Shown piece by piece: positions 25,201 to 37,200 of a stretch of 64,000 nucleotides of DNA. Location of the stretch: contig NC_057751.1 in assembly GCF_004010195.1 (NCBI RefSeq), forward strand, positions 17,063,901-17,127,900, written 5' to 3'. The translations under genes and the position numbers were made by a program. Under the pieces are notes generated by a model. It was not told where the DNA came from. It was given only the letters and a program-made list of their open reading frames with translations, and made no database searches. Positions within the stretch are counted from its first letter, which is position 1, and each line of letters begins with the position of its first letter. This DNA comes from Chiloscyllium plagiosum. Its lineage: Eukaryota.

Positions 25201-27270
25201 CACCCTCACAGACCCCCTCACACACACACCCTCACAGACCCCCTCACACACACCCTCACAGACCCCCTCACACACACACCCTCACAGACCCCCTCACACA
25301 CACCCTCACAGACCCCCTCACACACACACCCTCACAGACCCCCTCACACACACCCTCACAGACCCCCTCACACACACACCCTCACAGACCCCCTCACACA
25401 CACCCTCACAGACCCCCTCACACACACACCCTCACAGACCCCCTCACACACACCCTCACAGACCCCCTCACACACACACCCTCACAGACCCCCTCACACA
25501 CACCCTCACAGACCCCCTCACACACACACCCTCACAGACCCCCTCACACACACCCTCACAGACCCCCTCACACACACACCCTCACAGACCCCCTCACACA
25601 CACCCTCACAGACCCCCTCACACACACACCCTCACAGACCCCCTCACACACACCCTCACAGACCCCCTCACACACACACCCTCACAGACCCCCTCACACA
25701 CACCCTCACAGACCCCCTCACACACACACCCTCACAGACCCCCTCACACACACCCTCACAGACCCCCTCACACACACACCCTCACAGACCCCCTCACACA
25801 CACCCTCACAGACCCCCTCACACACACACCCTCACAGACCCCCTCACACACACCCTCACAGACCCCCTCACACACACACCCTCACAGACCCCCTCACACA
25901 CACCCTCACAGACCCCCTCACACACACACCCTCACAGACCCCCTCACACACACCCTCACAGACCCCCTCACACACACACCCTCACAGACCCCCTCACACA
26001 CACCCTCACAGACCCCCTCACACACACACCCTCACAGACCCCCTCACACACACCCTCACAGACCCCCTCACACACACACCCTCACAGACCCCCTCACACA
26101 CACCCTCACAGACCCCCTCACACACACACCCTCACAGACCCCCTCACACACACCCTCACAGACCCCCTCACACACACACCCTCACAGACCCCCTCACACA
26201 CACCCTCACAGACCCCCTCACACACACACCCTCACAGACCCCCTCACACACACCCTCACAGACCCCCTCACACACACACCCTCACAGACCCCCTCACACA
26301 CACCCTCACAGACCCCCTCACACACACACCCTCACAGACCCCCTCACACACACCCTCACAGACCCCCTCACACACACACCCTCACAGACCCCCTCACACA
26401 CACCCTCACAGACCCCCTCACACACACACCCTCACAGACCCCCTCACACACACCCTCACAGACCCCCTCACACACACACCCTCACAGACCCCCTCACACA
26501 CACCCTCACAGACCCCCTCACACACACACCCTCACAGACCCCCTCACACACACCCTCACAGACCCCCTCACACACACACCCTCACAGACCCCCTCACACA
26601 CACCCTCACAGACCCCCTCACACACACACCCTCACAGACCCCCTCACACACACCCTCACAGACCCCCTCACACACACACCCTCACAGACCCCCTCACACA
26701 CACCCTCACAGACCCCCTCACACACACACCCTCACAGACCCCCTCACACACACCCTCACAGACCCCCTCACACACACACCCTCACAGACCCCCTCACACA
26801 CACCCTCACAGACCCCCTCACACACACACCCTCACAGACCCCCTCACACACACCCTCACAGACCCCCTCACACACACACCCTCACAGACCCCCTCACACA
26901 CACCCTCACAGACCCCCTCACACACACACCCTCACAGACCCCCTCACACACACCCTCACAGACCCCCTCACACACACACCCTCACAGACCCCCTCACACA
27001 CACCCTCACAGACCCCCTCACACACACACCCTCACAGACCCCCTCACACACACCCTCACAGACCCCCTCACACACACACCCTCACAGACCCCCTCACACA
27101 CACCCTCACAGACCCCCTCACACACACACCCTCACAGACCCCCTCACACACACCCTCACAGACCCCCTCACACACACACCCTCACAGACCCCCTCACACA
27201 CACCCTCACAGACCCCCTCACACACACACCCTCACAGACCCCCTCACACACACCCTCACAGACCCCCTCT
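22255..27270. repeat. 50-bp minisatellite, about 99 identical copies
   Basis: Unit ctcacagaccccctcacacacaccctcacagaccccctcacacacacacc (24+26-bp subunits) repeated with no visible variant from 22331. Confidence 0.97.
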
Positions 27271-27567
27271 CGCTCACATATACTCTGGTTAGCGCTCATG
27301 CACTCTCTTGCACACACACAAATACAGACAGACTCACTTATGCACACATTCTCACAAATACACACACTCAGTCACGCACATACCCCCGCGCACACCATAG
27401 TTACACACAAATGCACACACTCTCACACATTCACAGATACAGACACACACTCACAGATCACACACATGCAGATACATATAGACACCAGCTACACATTAAC
27501 AGACAGATACACACTCCCGCAGACACACACAAACAGATATACACACAGGCACACACTGAGACAGAAA

Positions 27568-29723
27568 TGGGCGGCACAGTGGCTAGCACCGCTGCCTCAC
27601 AGCGCCAGGGACCTGGGTTCGATTCCAGCCTCGGGTGACTGTCTGTGTGGAGTTTGCACATTCTCCCTGTGTCTGCATGGGTTTCCTCTGGGTGCTCTGG
27701 TTTCCTCCCACAGTCCAAAGATATGCAGGTTAGGGTGGATTGGCCGTGGGAAATTAACCATAGTGCTCATGGATGTGCAGGTTAGGGTGAATTGGCCGTG
27801 CTAAATTACCCATAGTGCTCATGGATGTGCAGGTTTGCTAAATTACCCATAGTGCTCATGGATGTGCAGGTTAGGGTGAATTGGCAGAGCTAAATTACCC
27901 ATAGTGCTCATGGATGTGCAGGTTAGGGTGGAATGGCCATGCTAAATTACCCATAGTGCTCAGGAATATGCAGGTTCGGGTGGATGGCCACAGTAAATTA
28001 CCCATAGTGCTCAGGGATGTGCAGGTTAGGGTGGATTGGCCATGCTAAATTACCCATAGTGCTCATGTATGTGCAGGTTAGGGTGGAATGGCCATGCTAA
28101 ATTACCCATAGTGCTCAGGGATATGCAGGTTAGGGTGGATGGCCACAGTAAATTACCCATAGTGCTCAGGGATGTGCAGGTTAGGGTGGATTGGCCGTCC
28201 TAAATTACCCATAGTGCTCATGGATGTACAGGTTAGGGTGGAATGGCCATGCTAAATTACCCATAGTGCTCAGGGATATGCAGGTTAGGGTGGATGGCCA
28301 CAGTAAATTACCCATAGTGCTCAGGGATGTGCAGGTTAGGGTGGATTGGCCAACGTAACTTACCCATAGTGCTTAGGGATGTGCAGGTTAGGGTGGAATG
28401 GCCATGCTAAATTACCCATAGTGCTCAGGGATATGCAGGTTAGGGTGAATTGGCCATGCTAAATTACCCATAGTGCTCAGGGATGTGCAGGTTAGGGTGG
28501 ATTGGCCATGATAAATTGCCCCAAGTGCTCAGGGATGTGCAGGTTAGGATGGATTGGCCACGCTAAATTACCCATAGTGCTCAGGGAAGTGCAGGTTAGG
28601 GGGAATGGCCATGCTAAATTACCCATAGTGCTCAGGGATATGCAGGTTAGGGTGAATTGGCCATGCTAAATTACCCATAGTGCTCAGGGATGTGCAGGTT
28701 AGGGTGGATTGGCCAACGTAAATTACCCATAGTGCTCAGGGATATGCAGGTTAGGGTGGATGGCCACAGTAAATTACCCATAGTGTTCAGGGTTGTGGAG
28801 GTTAGAGTGGATTGACCATGCTAAATTACCCATAGTGCTCAGGGATGTGCAGGTTAGGGTGGATTGACCAATGTAAATTACGCATAGTGCTCAGGGATGT
28901 GCAGGTTAGGGTGGATTGGCCATGCTAATTTACCCATAGTGCTCAGGGATGTGCAGCACAGGGTGAATTGGCCATGCTAAATAACCCACAGTGCTCAGGG
29001 ATGTGCAGGTTAGGGTGGATTGGCCATGCTAAATTACCCATAGTGCTCAGGGTGGATTGGCCACGCTAAATTATCCATCGTGTTCAGGGATGTGGAGGTT
29101 AGGATGGATTGACTATGCTAAATTATCCATAGTGCTCAGGGTTGTGCAGGGTTAGAGTGGATTGGCCATGCTAAATTACCCATGGTGCTCAGGGATGTGC
29201 AGGTCAGGGTGAATTGGCCGTGCTAAATTACCCATTGTGCTCAGGGTGGATTGGCCATGCTAAATTACCCACAGTGCTCAGGGATGTGCAGGTTAGGGTG
29301 GATTGGCCATGCTAATTTACCCATAGTGCTCAGGGATGTGCAGGTTAGGGTGGATTGGCCANNNNNNNNNNNNNNNNNNNNNNNNNNNNNNNNNNNNNNN
29401 NNNNNNNNNNNNNNNNNNNNNNNNNNNNNNNNNNNNNNNNNNNNNNNNNNNNNNNNNNNNNNNNNNNNNNNNNNNNNNNNNNNNNNNNNNNNNNNNNNNN
29501 NNNNNNNNNNNNNNNNNNNTCAGGGTGGATTGGCCATGCTAAATTACCCACAGTGCTCAGGGATGTGCAGGTTAGGGTAGATTGGCCATGCTAAATTACC
29601 CATAATGTTAGATGCATTAGTCAAAGGGAAATGGGTCTGGGTGGGTTACCCTTCGGAGGGTCGGTGTGGACAGGTTGGGCCGAAGGGCCCGTTTCCACAC
29701 TGTAGGGAATCTAATCTAATCTA
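27568..29723 (+). mobile_element. HE1-like SINE inflated to about 2.15 kb by a 52-bp minisatellite
   Basis: Intact head at 27568, about 1.9 kb of variant 52-bp units (one gap), intact tail ending (tctaa)n. Confidence 0.9.
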
Positions 29724-29872
29724 GACACGTGCAGGTGCACACAGGCATACACACTCAGACTCTCAACAGACCTGCACGTATACTTGTACAAAGACACACA
29801 CACACACACACACACACACAGTCCCTGGGTTACTCCCGCTTCCTGCTACTGGGCTGGCACTCACACAACAGC

Positions 29873-30372
29873 NNNNNNNNNNNNNNNNNNNNNNNNNNNN
29901 NNNNNNNNNNNNNNNNNNNNNNNNNNNNNNNNNNNNNNNNNNNNNNNNNNNNNNNNNNNNNNNNNNNNNNNNNNNNNNNNNNNNNNNNNNNNNNNNNNNN
30001 NNNNNNNNNNNNNNNNNNNNNNNNNNNNNNNNNNNNNNNNNNNNNNNNNNNNNNNNNNNNNNNNNNNNNNNNNNNNNNNNNNNNNNNNNNNNNNNNNNNN
30101 NNNNNNNNNNNNNNNNNNNNNNNNNNNNNNNNNNNNNNNNNNNNNNNNNNNNNNNNNNNNNNNNNNNNNNNNNNNNNNNNNNNNNNNNNNNNNNNNNNNN
30201 NNNNNNNNNNNNNNNNNNNNNNNNNNNNNNNNNNNNNNNNNNNNNNNNNNNNNNNNNNNNNNNNNNNNNNNNNNNNNNNNNNNNNNNNNNNNNNNNNNNN
30301 NNNNNNNNNNNNNNNNNNNNNNNNNNNNNNNNNNNNNNNNNNNNNNNNNNNNNNNNNNNNNNNNNNNNNNNN
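29873..30372. other. Assembly gap of exactly 500 N (scaffold join)
   Basis: Counted N run; round number, unlike the irregular gaps elsewhere; HK2 strand switches across it. Confidence 0.9.
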
Positions 30373-30887
30373 CTCACCATGCCAAGGCTACGTGCCACGT
30401 GCTGGGGAAACGGGGATTAAAAAAGTGAGGTGGTTGGCACAGACTAGATGGGCCGAAGGGTCTTTTCCTGTGCTGTAGACCTCTAGGACACTGTTTTCCT
30501 CCTTGGGTTACCTCCATTCGGTCCCCTCCCGAACGAACTGCTGTCTGGGGGATGGAATTCCAGAGACACCCATCGCTGGGATTAAGTGAGCATCCACATC
30601 CTCTTCATAGAGAGTTAGGTCTGGAGTCATGTGCAGGCCAGACCAGGTAAGGATGGCAGATTTCCCTTCCGAAAGAGATGTGAGGGAAACTGATTGGGTC
30701 TCTGCGCCAATTGGTCATCAGTCCAACAGCCATCGACACTGATACTCGGGTTATATGCCACATTCCTGTTTCGGTTTTTGCGGAATCCTTCTCTGATTTG
30801 GCCCCTGGGTTTTCCTCTTCTGGCATGTGGGGCGGGACTGGGATCTGGGTTCCGTCACAAGCTGACCTCCCTCTCCTCCGTTCCCAG

Positions 30888-31032
30888 CTTCTCCTCGACC
30901 ATGCACGAGACAGTGGCGCGCTTGGCTCCCCGATGCGAGGTGTCGTACGTCCAGTCCGAAGACGGCAGTGGCAAGGGCGCTGCACTGGTCACGGCAGTCG
31001 CCTGTCGGATACGGGAGGCCGGGCAGCACTAG
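30888..31032 (+). CDS. HK2: Hexokinase 2 terminal exon 18, coding part ([47 protein letters not shown])
   Basis: [10 protein letters not shown] motif and the HK2-type C-terminus [10 protein letters not shown]; branch-like ctgac, pyrimidine tract and cag| acceptor; 145 bp to TAG. Confidence 0.93.
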
Positions 31033-31481
31033 GAGCCCACTCAACCCTGCGTGTCCCCCCCACCCCCACCTCCTTCCAACAAAACCCACCTCCGCCTCTT
31101 GGCAGTGAAGACTTGCTCCTCTGCCCTTTTGCCTACGTTGCCCTTCTGTCTACTGTGAGCCAACAGCTGAGAGGAACTCGGGCATCCGGGTTCGGAGCCA
31201 CCCCATGCCCTGGCACACGGGGAAGGGGCCAGTCTGTACTTTCGAGGGAGCCTGGAAGTGATTTGATGGGAAAGCGAGAACGGTGTATCCTGGAAATTTG
31301 AGACGGCGGAGTGAACTCAGCAGGTCTGTGGAGAGAGAGAGAGAGAGAGAGACAGAGTTGTGGGGAGGTGGGGGGAGGTGAGGGAGGAGGTAAATGATGT
31401 GAACATTTCAGGTTCAGTCACCCTTCCTCAGAAGGCTAACAGTTTCTGTTTTTCATTCAGAAAGCGGTTGAGTTGGATCTG

Positions 31482-31683
31482 AGCGTGCGTGTGTGTGCGT
31501 GCGTGTGTCCGTGTGTGTGTGTGCATGCGTGTGTGTGCATGTGTGCGTGTGTGTGTGTGCATGCGTGCGTGCGTGTGTGCGTGTGTGTGCATGCGTGTGT
31601 GTGTGTGCGTGTGTGTGCGTGCGCGTGCGTGTGTGTGCATGCGTGTGCGTGTGCGTGCGTGTGTGTGCATGCGTGCGTGCGCG
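31482..31683. repeat. Compound alternating purine-pyrimidine microsatellite (GT/GC/AT)
   Basis: About 200 bp of gtgt/gcgt/gcat with a single interruption. Confidence 0.9.
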
Positions 31684-33688
31684 AGACAGAGATGATCCTG
31701 AGCCTTCAATACTCAGAGATGGCACGGCAGTCCCAATCAGTTGCCAGTCGCTGCTCAAAATGACTTTGCCAAGGGGTGTCTTCCCCTGGAAGGGGGGTGG
31801 GGGATGGTATCATGTGCCAGACCTCACTTTCAGGGGAGTGTGGTGGTGGAATCCTGACCTACCTCGGCTGACAATTGGGCAACGTGTTGGCATTTCCATG
31901 CGGGTGGGGGCACTCGACCTCGACCAGAGGAAACGGGTGCTGGGGCACACATTTATAACCATTCGGGGCAGGTTTGTGAAACGTGGCTGGGGAGGGTGGC
32001 ATTTTCCGCACCCCTCTATGTTTCCGTGGAGGGTGTCCCGGACATTGGAGGTGTCCTGTTGGCAGTTGTCACTGTCACTATTGTATCTGGCTGGGGACTG
32101 CTCCCTTGGGTGGTAATCTCTCGATTGTGACGTAGGAGGGAAATCAGTTTGAGGGGGATTATTTTCTCCGTCGCCCCGTTCAAGGCCTCCTGCTTCAAAC
32201 ATTCCCATCGCCCTCCCAGTTGCAATTGACCTGGATCGAGCGTGCTCGTTTCTTGAAAGTCACCGCAGCTCCTTCGCTAAGTCGAAGCAATGCGAAGAGC
32301 AGCTGGAGATCTGAAGAGAAGGGAGCTAGTGTTGGAGAAACTCAGCAGGCCTGCGGAGAGAGAGGGAGGGAAACCGAGTGACTGGCTCTGGTCCTGTGAG
32401 CCGTTTGGGTTTTGCAGTCTGCACATCTTGTCTTCGGGCATTGTTGCTTTCTCAAGCACGCGATCTACTGCAATCCGTGCGGGTTCGATGGCGTGGCTCC
32501 CCTTGCTGTCAGTTATGATTACTATTTTCTGCCACTTTTCTGTTTGATTTGATAGACTACCTCATCAGGCCCACTTCCTAAAGGCTTACGAGGTTGTCAA
32601 AGCAGTCAGCGAGACAGCTGGCTGAATGGGAAAGGATGCAGTCAGATTTGGTCCAATCCGTGGTGCCACGTTAATAATATAGACCCTGCAGAACGTCGTG
32701 CCAACAGGGTAATGTTTGACAGTTCCTCAATAGCATGGGGCGACTGGTGGTTTTGTAGTGATCAGGACTCACGCACACCACCAAGTTTACAAGGACTCAG
32801 GAAGGTTAACATGTTCTGATGGAGAATTTAAAGTGATGCAGTACTGCAATCAGCTGTGTGCACATATTAGAGAGGGAGGGCACCCATTGCCAGCTGTAAC
32901 TTGCTGTTTGACCCTCCCTAATGCAAGAAGTTTCAAAGCAAGACAAGCATGCAATAATTTATTTTTGTGTCAGATTCAACCATTTCATCTCTCAGACAGA
33001 CAGACACACACGCGCGTGTGCACAAACACACACACACACACACATAAAGTCTACTGTTATAAAGAGTAGAATTGACATACCAAGTGCAGTGGGAGTGGAC
33101 GGCGACAGTTTTGGGTATTCTGGACTCCAACCGCAGCTGGTTTTCCAGGATTTTAATGGCTCCGAACTGGAGCCACGAAGCGAGGAACTGTCCCTGTCCA
33201 GCCCCACTCCAGCTCCTCGAGGAAGGAGTTACTTCCTGGAGGAGCTCTGCGCTATCAGCTTGCTAATCTGCGCTCGGTTGTGCAATAGACTCCTGCCTTC
33301 AGTTGAAGAGGAGTAATTTTATTTATTGATATTTCATTTTGTCCGGGTTCCACGCGATAAAGCGAGGACTATTGATCATGGATAAGCGTCGGGGCTGTTT
33401 TGTATGACCCTTCCACTTGGCCCGTCAGCCAATGATTTCAAGTAAAGAAGCGATTTCACTGTTTAATGTGCCGTCTGGTCATTTCTGTGTTCCTGGGGAG
33501 AGTTGGAATGGGCAGCAAGGAGGGAGGTCAGTGTGAGTCACGTTCTAATGCACCCTGGGCAGCTGGAAAACTGAAGCCCCCCTCCCAGGTGCCGAATCAA
33601 CAGATCTCCCCACTTGAGACAGTGAGCACTTGATGCAGCAGCTCCCTGACACTACCCTCCCTGCAATGGGACTCACTTTGCGTGAATG

Positions 33689-33694
33689 AATAAA
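33689..33694 (+). terminator. Candidate polyadenylation signal AATAAA
   Basis: gaatgAATAAAgaagtg at the end of the putative 3'UTR. Confidence 0.55.
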
Positions 33695-34023
33695 GAAGTG
33701 CTGATTCAGGGTCTCAAGTCTATTCATTAGCAATTTTTTTTTAACTTTGCAAACAGAAAATTATTGAAAAATACAATCAATAACAAATATCAGTATAATA
33801 TGTAAAGAAAAAACCCCCAAATTACAATACAGCGACTGTCTACTAACGACTAACCTACTCTATAATACAAAACAAACCCTAACACTGTGCAGAGCACCAC
33901 CAATAAATAACTAAATAACAAATAGATTAAAAAAAGAAAAGCAAAAAAAAAAACCACAGAATACAGAACAGCTGTGCTCGGTGCAAAGCTCCCAAACAAA
34001 GGAATGGGAGCGTTGTACATATA

Positions 34024-34217
34024 GCTGAGAATGTGTTGCTGGAAAAGCGCAGCAGGTCAGGCAGCATCCAAGGAGCAGGAGAATCGACGTTTCGGGCATA
34101 AGCCCTTCTTCAGGAATGATATTCTCCTGTTCCCTGGATGCTGCCTGACCTGCTGCGCTTTTCCAGCAACACATTTTCAGCTCTGATCTCCAGCATCTGC
34201 AGCCCTCACTTTCTCCT
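34024..34217. mobile_element. Palindromic hammerhead-bearing short element inside the L1 3' region
   Basis: Inverted arms; TSD cgttgta(c/t)atata at 34011-34023 and 34218-34230. Confidence 0.85.
34082..34117 (-). ncRNA. Minimal type I hammerhead ribozyme motif
   Basis: auuc-CUGAAGA-a-GGGC-uuau-GCCC-GAAA-C-GUC-gauu; predicted cleavage after GUC (34086/34085). Confidence 0.7.
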
Positions 34218-37200
34218 CGTTGTATATATACCCGTATTAACTCAGGAGACCCCTTCCAGGGCTCGGTAAACCTAACCATCCTGGTTAAACCAACGCCCTA
34301 GTTAAGATAACTGACAAATCTATATCCAAATAACTCAAGTAGGGTTGCCATGTCTTATAAAAATTGTCTGTTGTGTTGGTGCACCATGTTTGTGAAAAAG
34401 TCCAAGGGAATGTGCTCCTTAATTAATTTCTGCCATCCCAGCAAACCCAGCGCGTTCTCAGACGCCCAGTTCATCAGAATATTCTTCCGAGCACAATATG
34501 CAAGAATATTAACTCGTTTCTCCCCATGCCGGTCTAAAGATGGTAAATTCGGTAGACCTAAGAGGAGAGATATCGGGTCTACTTTGACTTCAGTCTTCAA
34601 TACCCTCCCCTGTCTCTCCCGCCACAGCGCTCCCAATAAACATGGAGCCTGTGGCATGTCCAGAAACAATGGGTAAGAGTACCGACATTTATTTTACATT
34701 TGGGGCACACTGAAGATGCTCCGTTTTTAAAACTTCACCAGACGGTCCGGTGCCAGATGAACCCTGTGCAGAACTTTTAACTGCATAGCACGTCCTTTTA
34801 CAGATTGAGATCTTTCTAGCATTTTCCCATATATTCTCCCATGATGCAGAAGAGATCTCCCATCCTAGCTCTTGCTCCCAGACCTCACATGACCGGTTAA
34901 TATCCTGCCAGGCCCTGCCACCCAGCAGGCGTTAGAAGGCACTAACCGAAAGGGTGCTTGTGGAACGTAGCTACAGCCTCTCTGTATCGGGCTTATAGGG
35001 CTTAGTGAGAAGCTTAGTCTTCTTCGGGATGATATCCCTAACCTGAAAAACACAGAAAAGATCTCTGCTGGGCAACCCGTATTTGTGGCTCATTTGCTCA
35101 AAAGACATCATAACCTCCCCCTCAAACAGGTCTCCCAAACTAGAAACTCCTCTCGCTGCCCATAGTTTGAACCCTGAGTCCATCATCCCTGGTCGGAACC
35201 CTGGCATGCCAACTATAGGTGTAAGTGGCAAAGTCTTGGATCAGCAACCCTCACTCTGACGCATCGCCCTCCATGCCTTGACTGTACTAATGACAATGGG
35301 GTTCTGGCAATGGTTCATATCTGTCCTCATCTTATCCATGAACAACAGGTTAATAAGAGGCCTCGATATCCAGCCATATTGAGTTTGGACGTTACCTACC
35401 CAATCGCAGTCGAAGGACAGCAGGGAACTCAATTGATACCTCCTAATGTCTGGGAAATCAACTCCTCCCCCTCCTTGAGGCAACTGCAATTTAGTAGGTT
35501 TGATGAGGGGCCGCCCACGATGCCAGGCAAAGGAACCAAACCACCCCATAAGCTTCCACAGCGTTGACCTGGGAAACATTATAGGGAGCATACACATGGG
35601 ATAAAGCAAACGAGGAAGAACATTCATATTAATGAGAGACATTCGGCCCAGCCATGAAATTGGAAGATCCTCCCATCTCTGGAGATTGTCGAGCAAGTGA
35701 GCAAAGTTAGTCCGAAATAACAGATCAAACTTGGGGGTCATAAAAAATGCCTAGGTATCGGAACCCTGCCCGTGACCACTTAAAAGGGAACGTAGAGCCA
35801 CCTTCAACTTCTGACACATCCTTAAGGTTCCTCAAAGGCATAGTCTCCGATTTTGCAACGTTGATCCTGAAATAGCCCCAAATGAATTAATACTTTGTAT
35901 CAACTGGGGTACGGAGGTCATCGGGTTCGACAAAAACAGAAGGACAACATCCGCCTACGGTGTAATCTTGTGTGCCCTCGATCCCACTTCCGGAGCGGTT
36001 ATGTGGACATTCTGACGAATGGCCTCTGCCAGCGGCTCTATCACCAACGTAAACAACAACGGTGAGAGGGGGCAGCCTTGCTGACTACCCCTACCAATCC
36101 TAAAATTCCAAGACTTCAGCCCGTTGGTGATGACCGCGGCCAGAGGGTGGCGATATAAAACCTCCACCCACCTAGCAATGACCCCACCCAACCCAAACTG
36201 TTCTAAGACATAAAAAGGATACGGTCATTCCACCCGGTCAAATGCTTTCTCTGCATCTAAGGAAATCACCAACCCCTGAATCGATTGTTGCTGACAAACT
36301 TGGACCACATTCAGCAACCTTCTCATATTATTAGAGGACCTACAGTCCCTTATCAAGCCTGTCTAGTCCTCTTTAATAATATGGGGCAACACCTTTTCCA
36401 ATCTCAGCGCCAGGATCTTGGACAGAATCTTGAAATCTGAATTTAATAGAGAGATGGGCCTGTATGAGGCACAATCCTCAGGAACCTTCCCCTTCCTAAG
36501 AATTGGGGAAATATTAGCTTCCCTCAAAGATGGTGGTAGGTGTTTATGCATATAGGAGTGATTGTACATCTCCAACATCGGCCCTGCTAGAATCCCTATA
36601 AACTCCTTATAAAACTCACCTGGAAGACCATCAGGGCCAGGTGCTTTCTCATTCTGAAGTTGCCTAGCTGCCTCCCGTATTTCCTGAACTGTCAAGGGGG
36701 CATTAAGGAGAGAGGCCTGTTCCAAGGTTAACCCTGGGAGGTCCTGGTTCTTGAAAATTGCCTCCATTTTAGTCTTCCTGTCCTTGCAGCCTTCAGTCCG
36801 ATACAATTCAGAGTAACAGCTCCAAAAAGCCTCATTAATCTTTTTAGCATCGTATGTAAAGACCCCAGCACTGTCCCTGATTGCAGTAATGGATTGGGGA
36901 GCACGCTTTCTCCTAGTCAGGTATGCTAAATACTTGCCTGGTCTATTCCCATACTCGAACAGCCTTTGTCGAGCAAAAGCAAGTTCTTTCTTTGCGTTTT
37001 GTGTCAGTATTGAACTCAAGGCAGCCTGGAGGGCTGAGATCTGCTGTAGCTTAGTCACCGTAGGCCGCGCAAAATGTGCCGCCTCGGCAGCTTTCAACCA
37101 CGTCTCAAGTAGACGCTGCTGTCGTTTCCGGCTAGCCGAATAGGGAATAGCTAATCTCCTGGCAAAGGCCTTAGCAGTCTCCCATAGCATAGACGGACTA

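Larger units (their letters stand above)
31033..33720 (+). other. HK2: Probable HK2 3'UTR
   Basis: Largely unique sequence after the stop, AU-rich patch at about 33315-33340, ending near an AATAAA just before an L1 3' end. Confidence 0.6.

Noticed and set aside
22141..27804. Three overlapping 1700-1900 aa His/Pro/Thr-rich ORFs
   Set aside because: Artefact of a stop-free 50-bp minisatellite; all frames give the same cyclic peptide
27720..29610. CRISPR-like regular repeat array
   Set aside because: Head-to-tail units with no unique spacers, inside a SINE, in a vertebrate genome with no cas genes
30888..31032. Terminal exon of a 50-kDa single-domain hexokinase following exon 9
   Set aside because: The phase is compatible, but the strand is opposite and the sequence matches the C-half end of 100-kDa HK2 (ACRIREAGQ) rather than exon 10; mis-orientation is simpler
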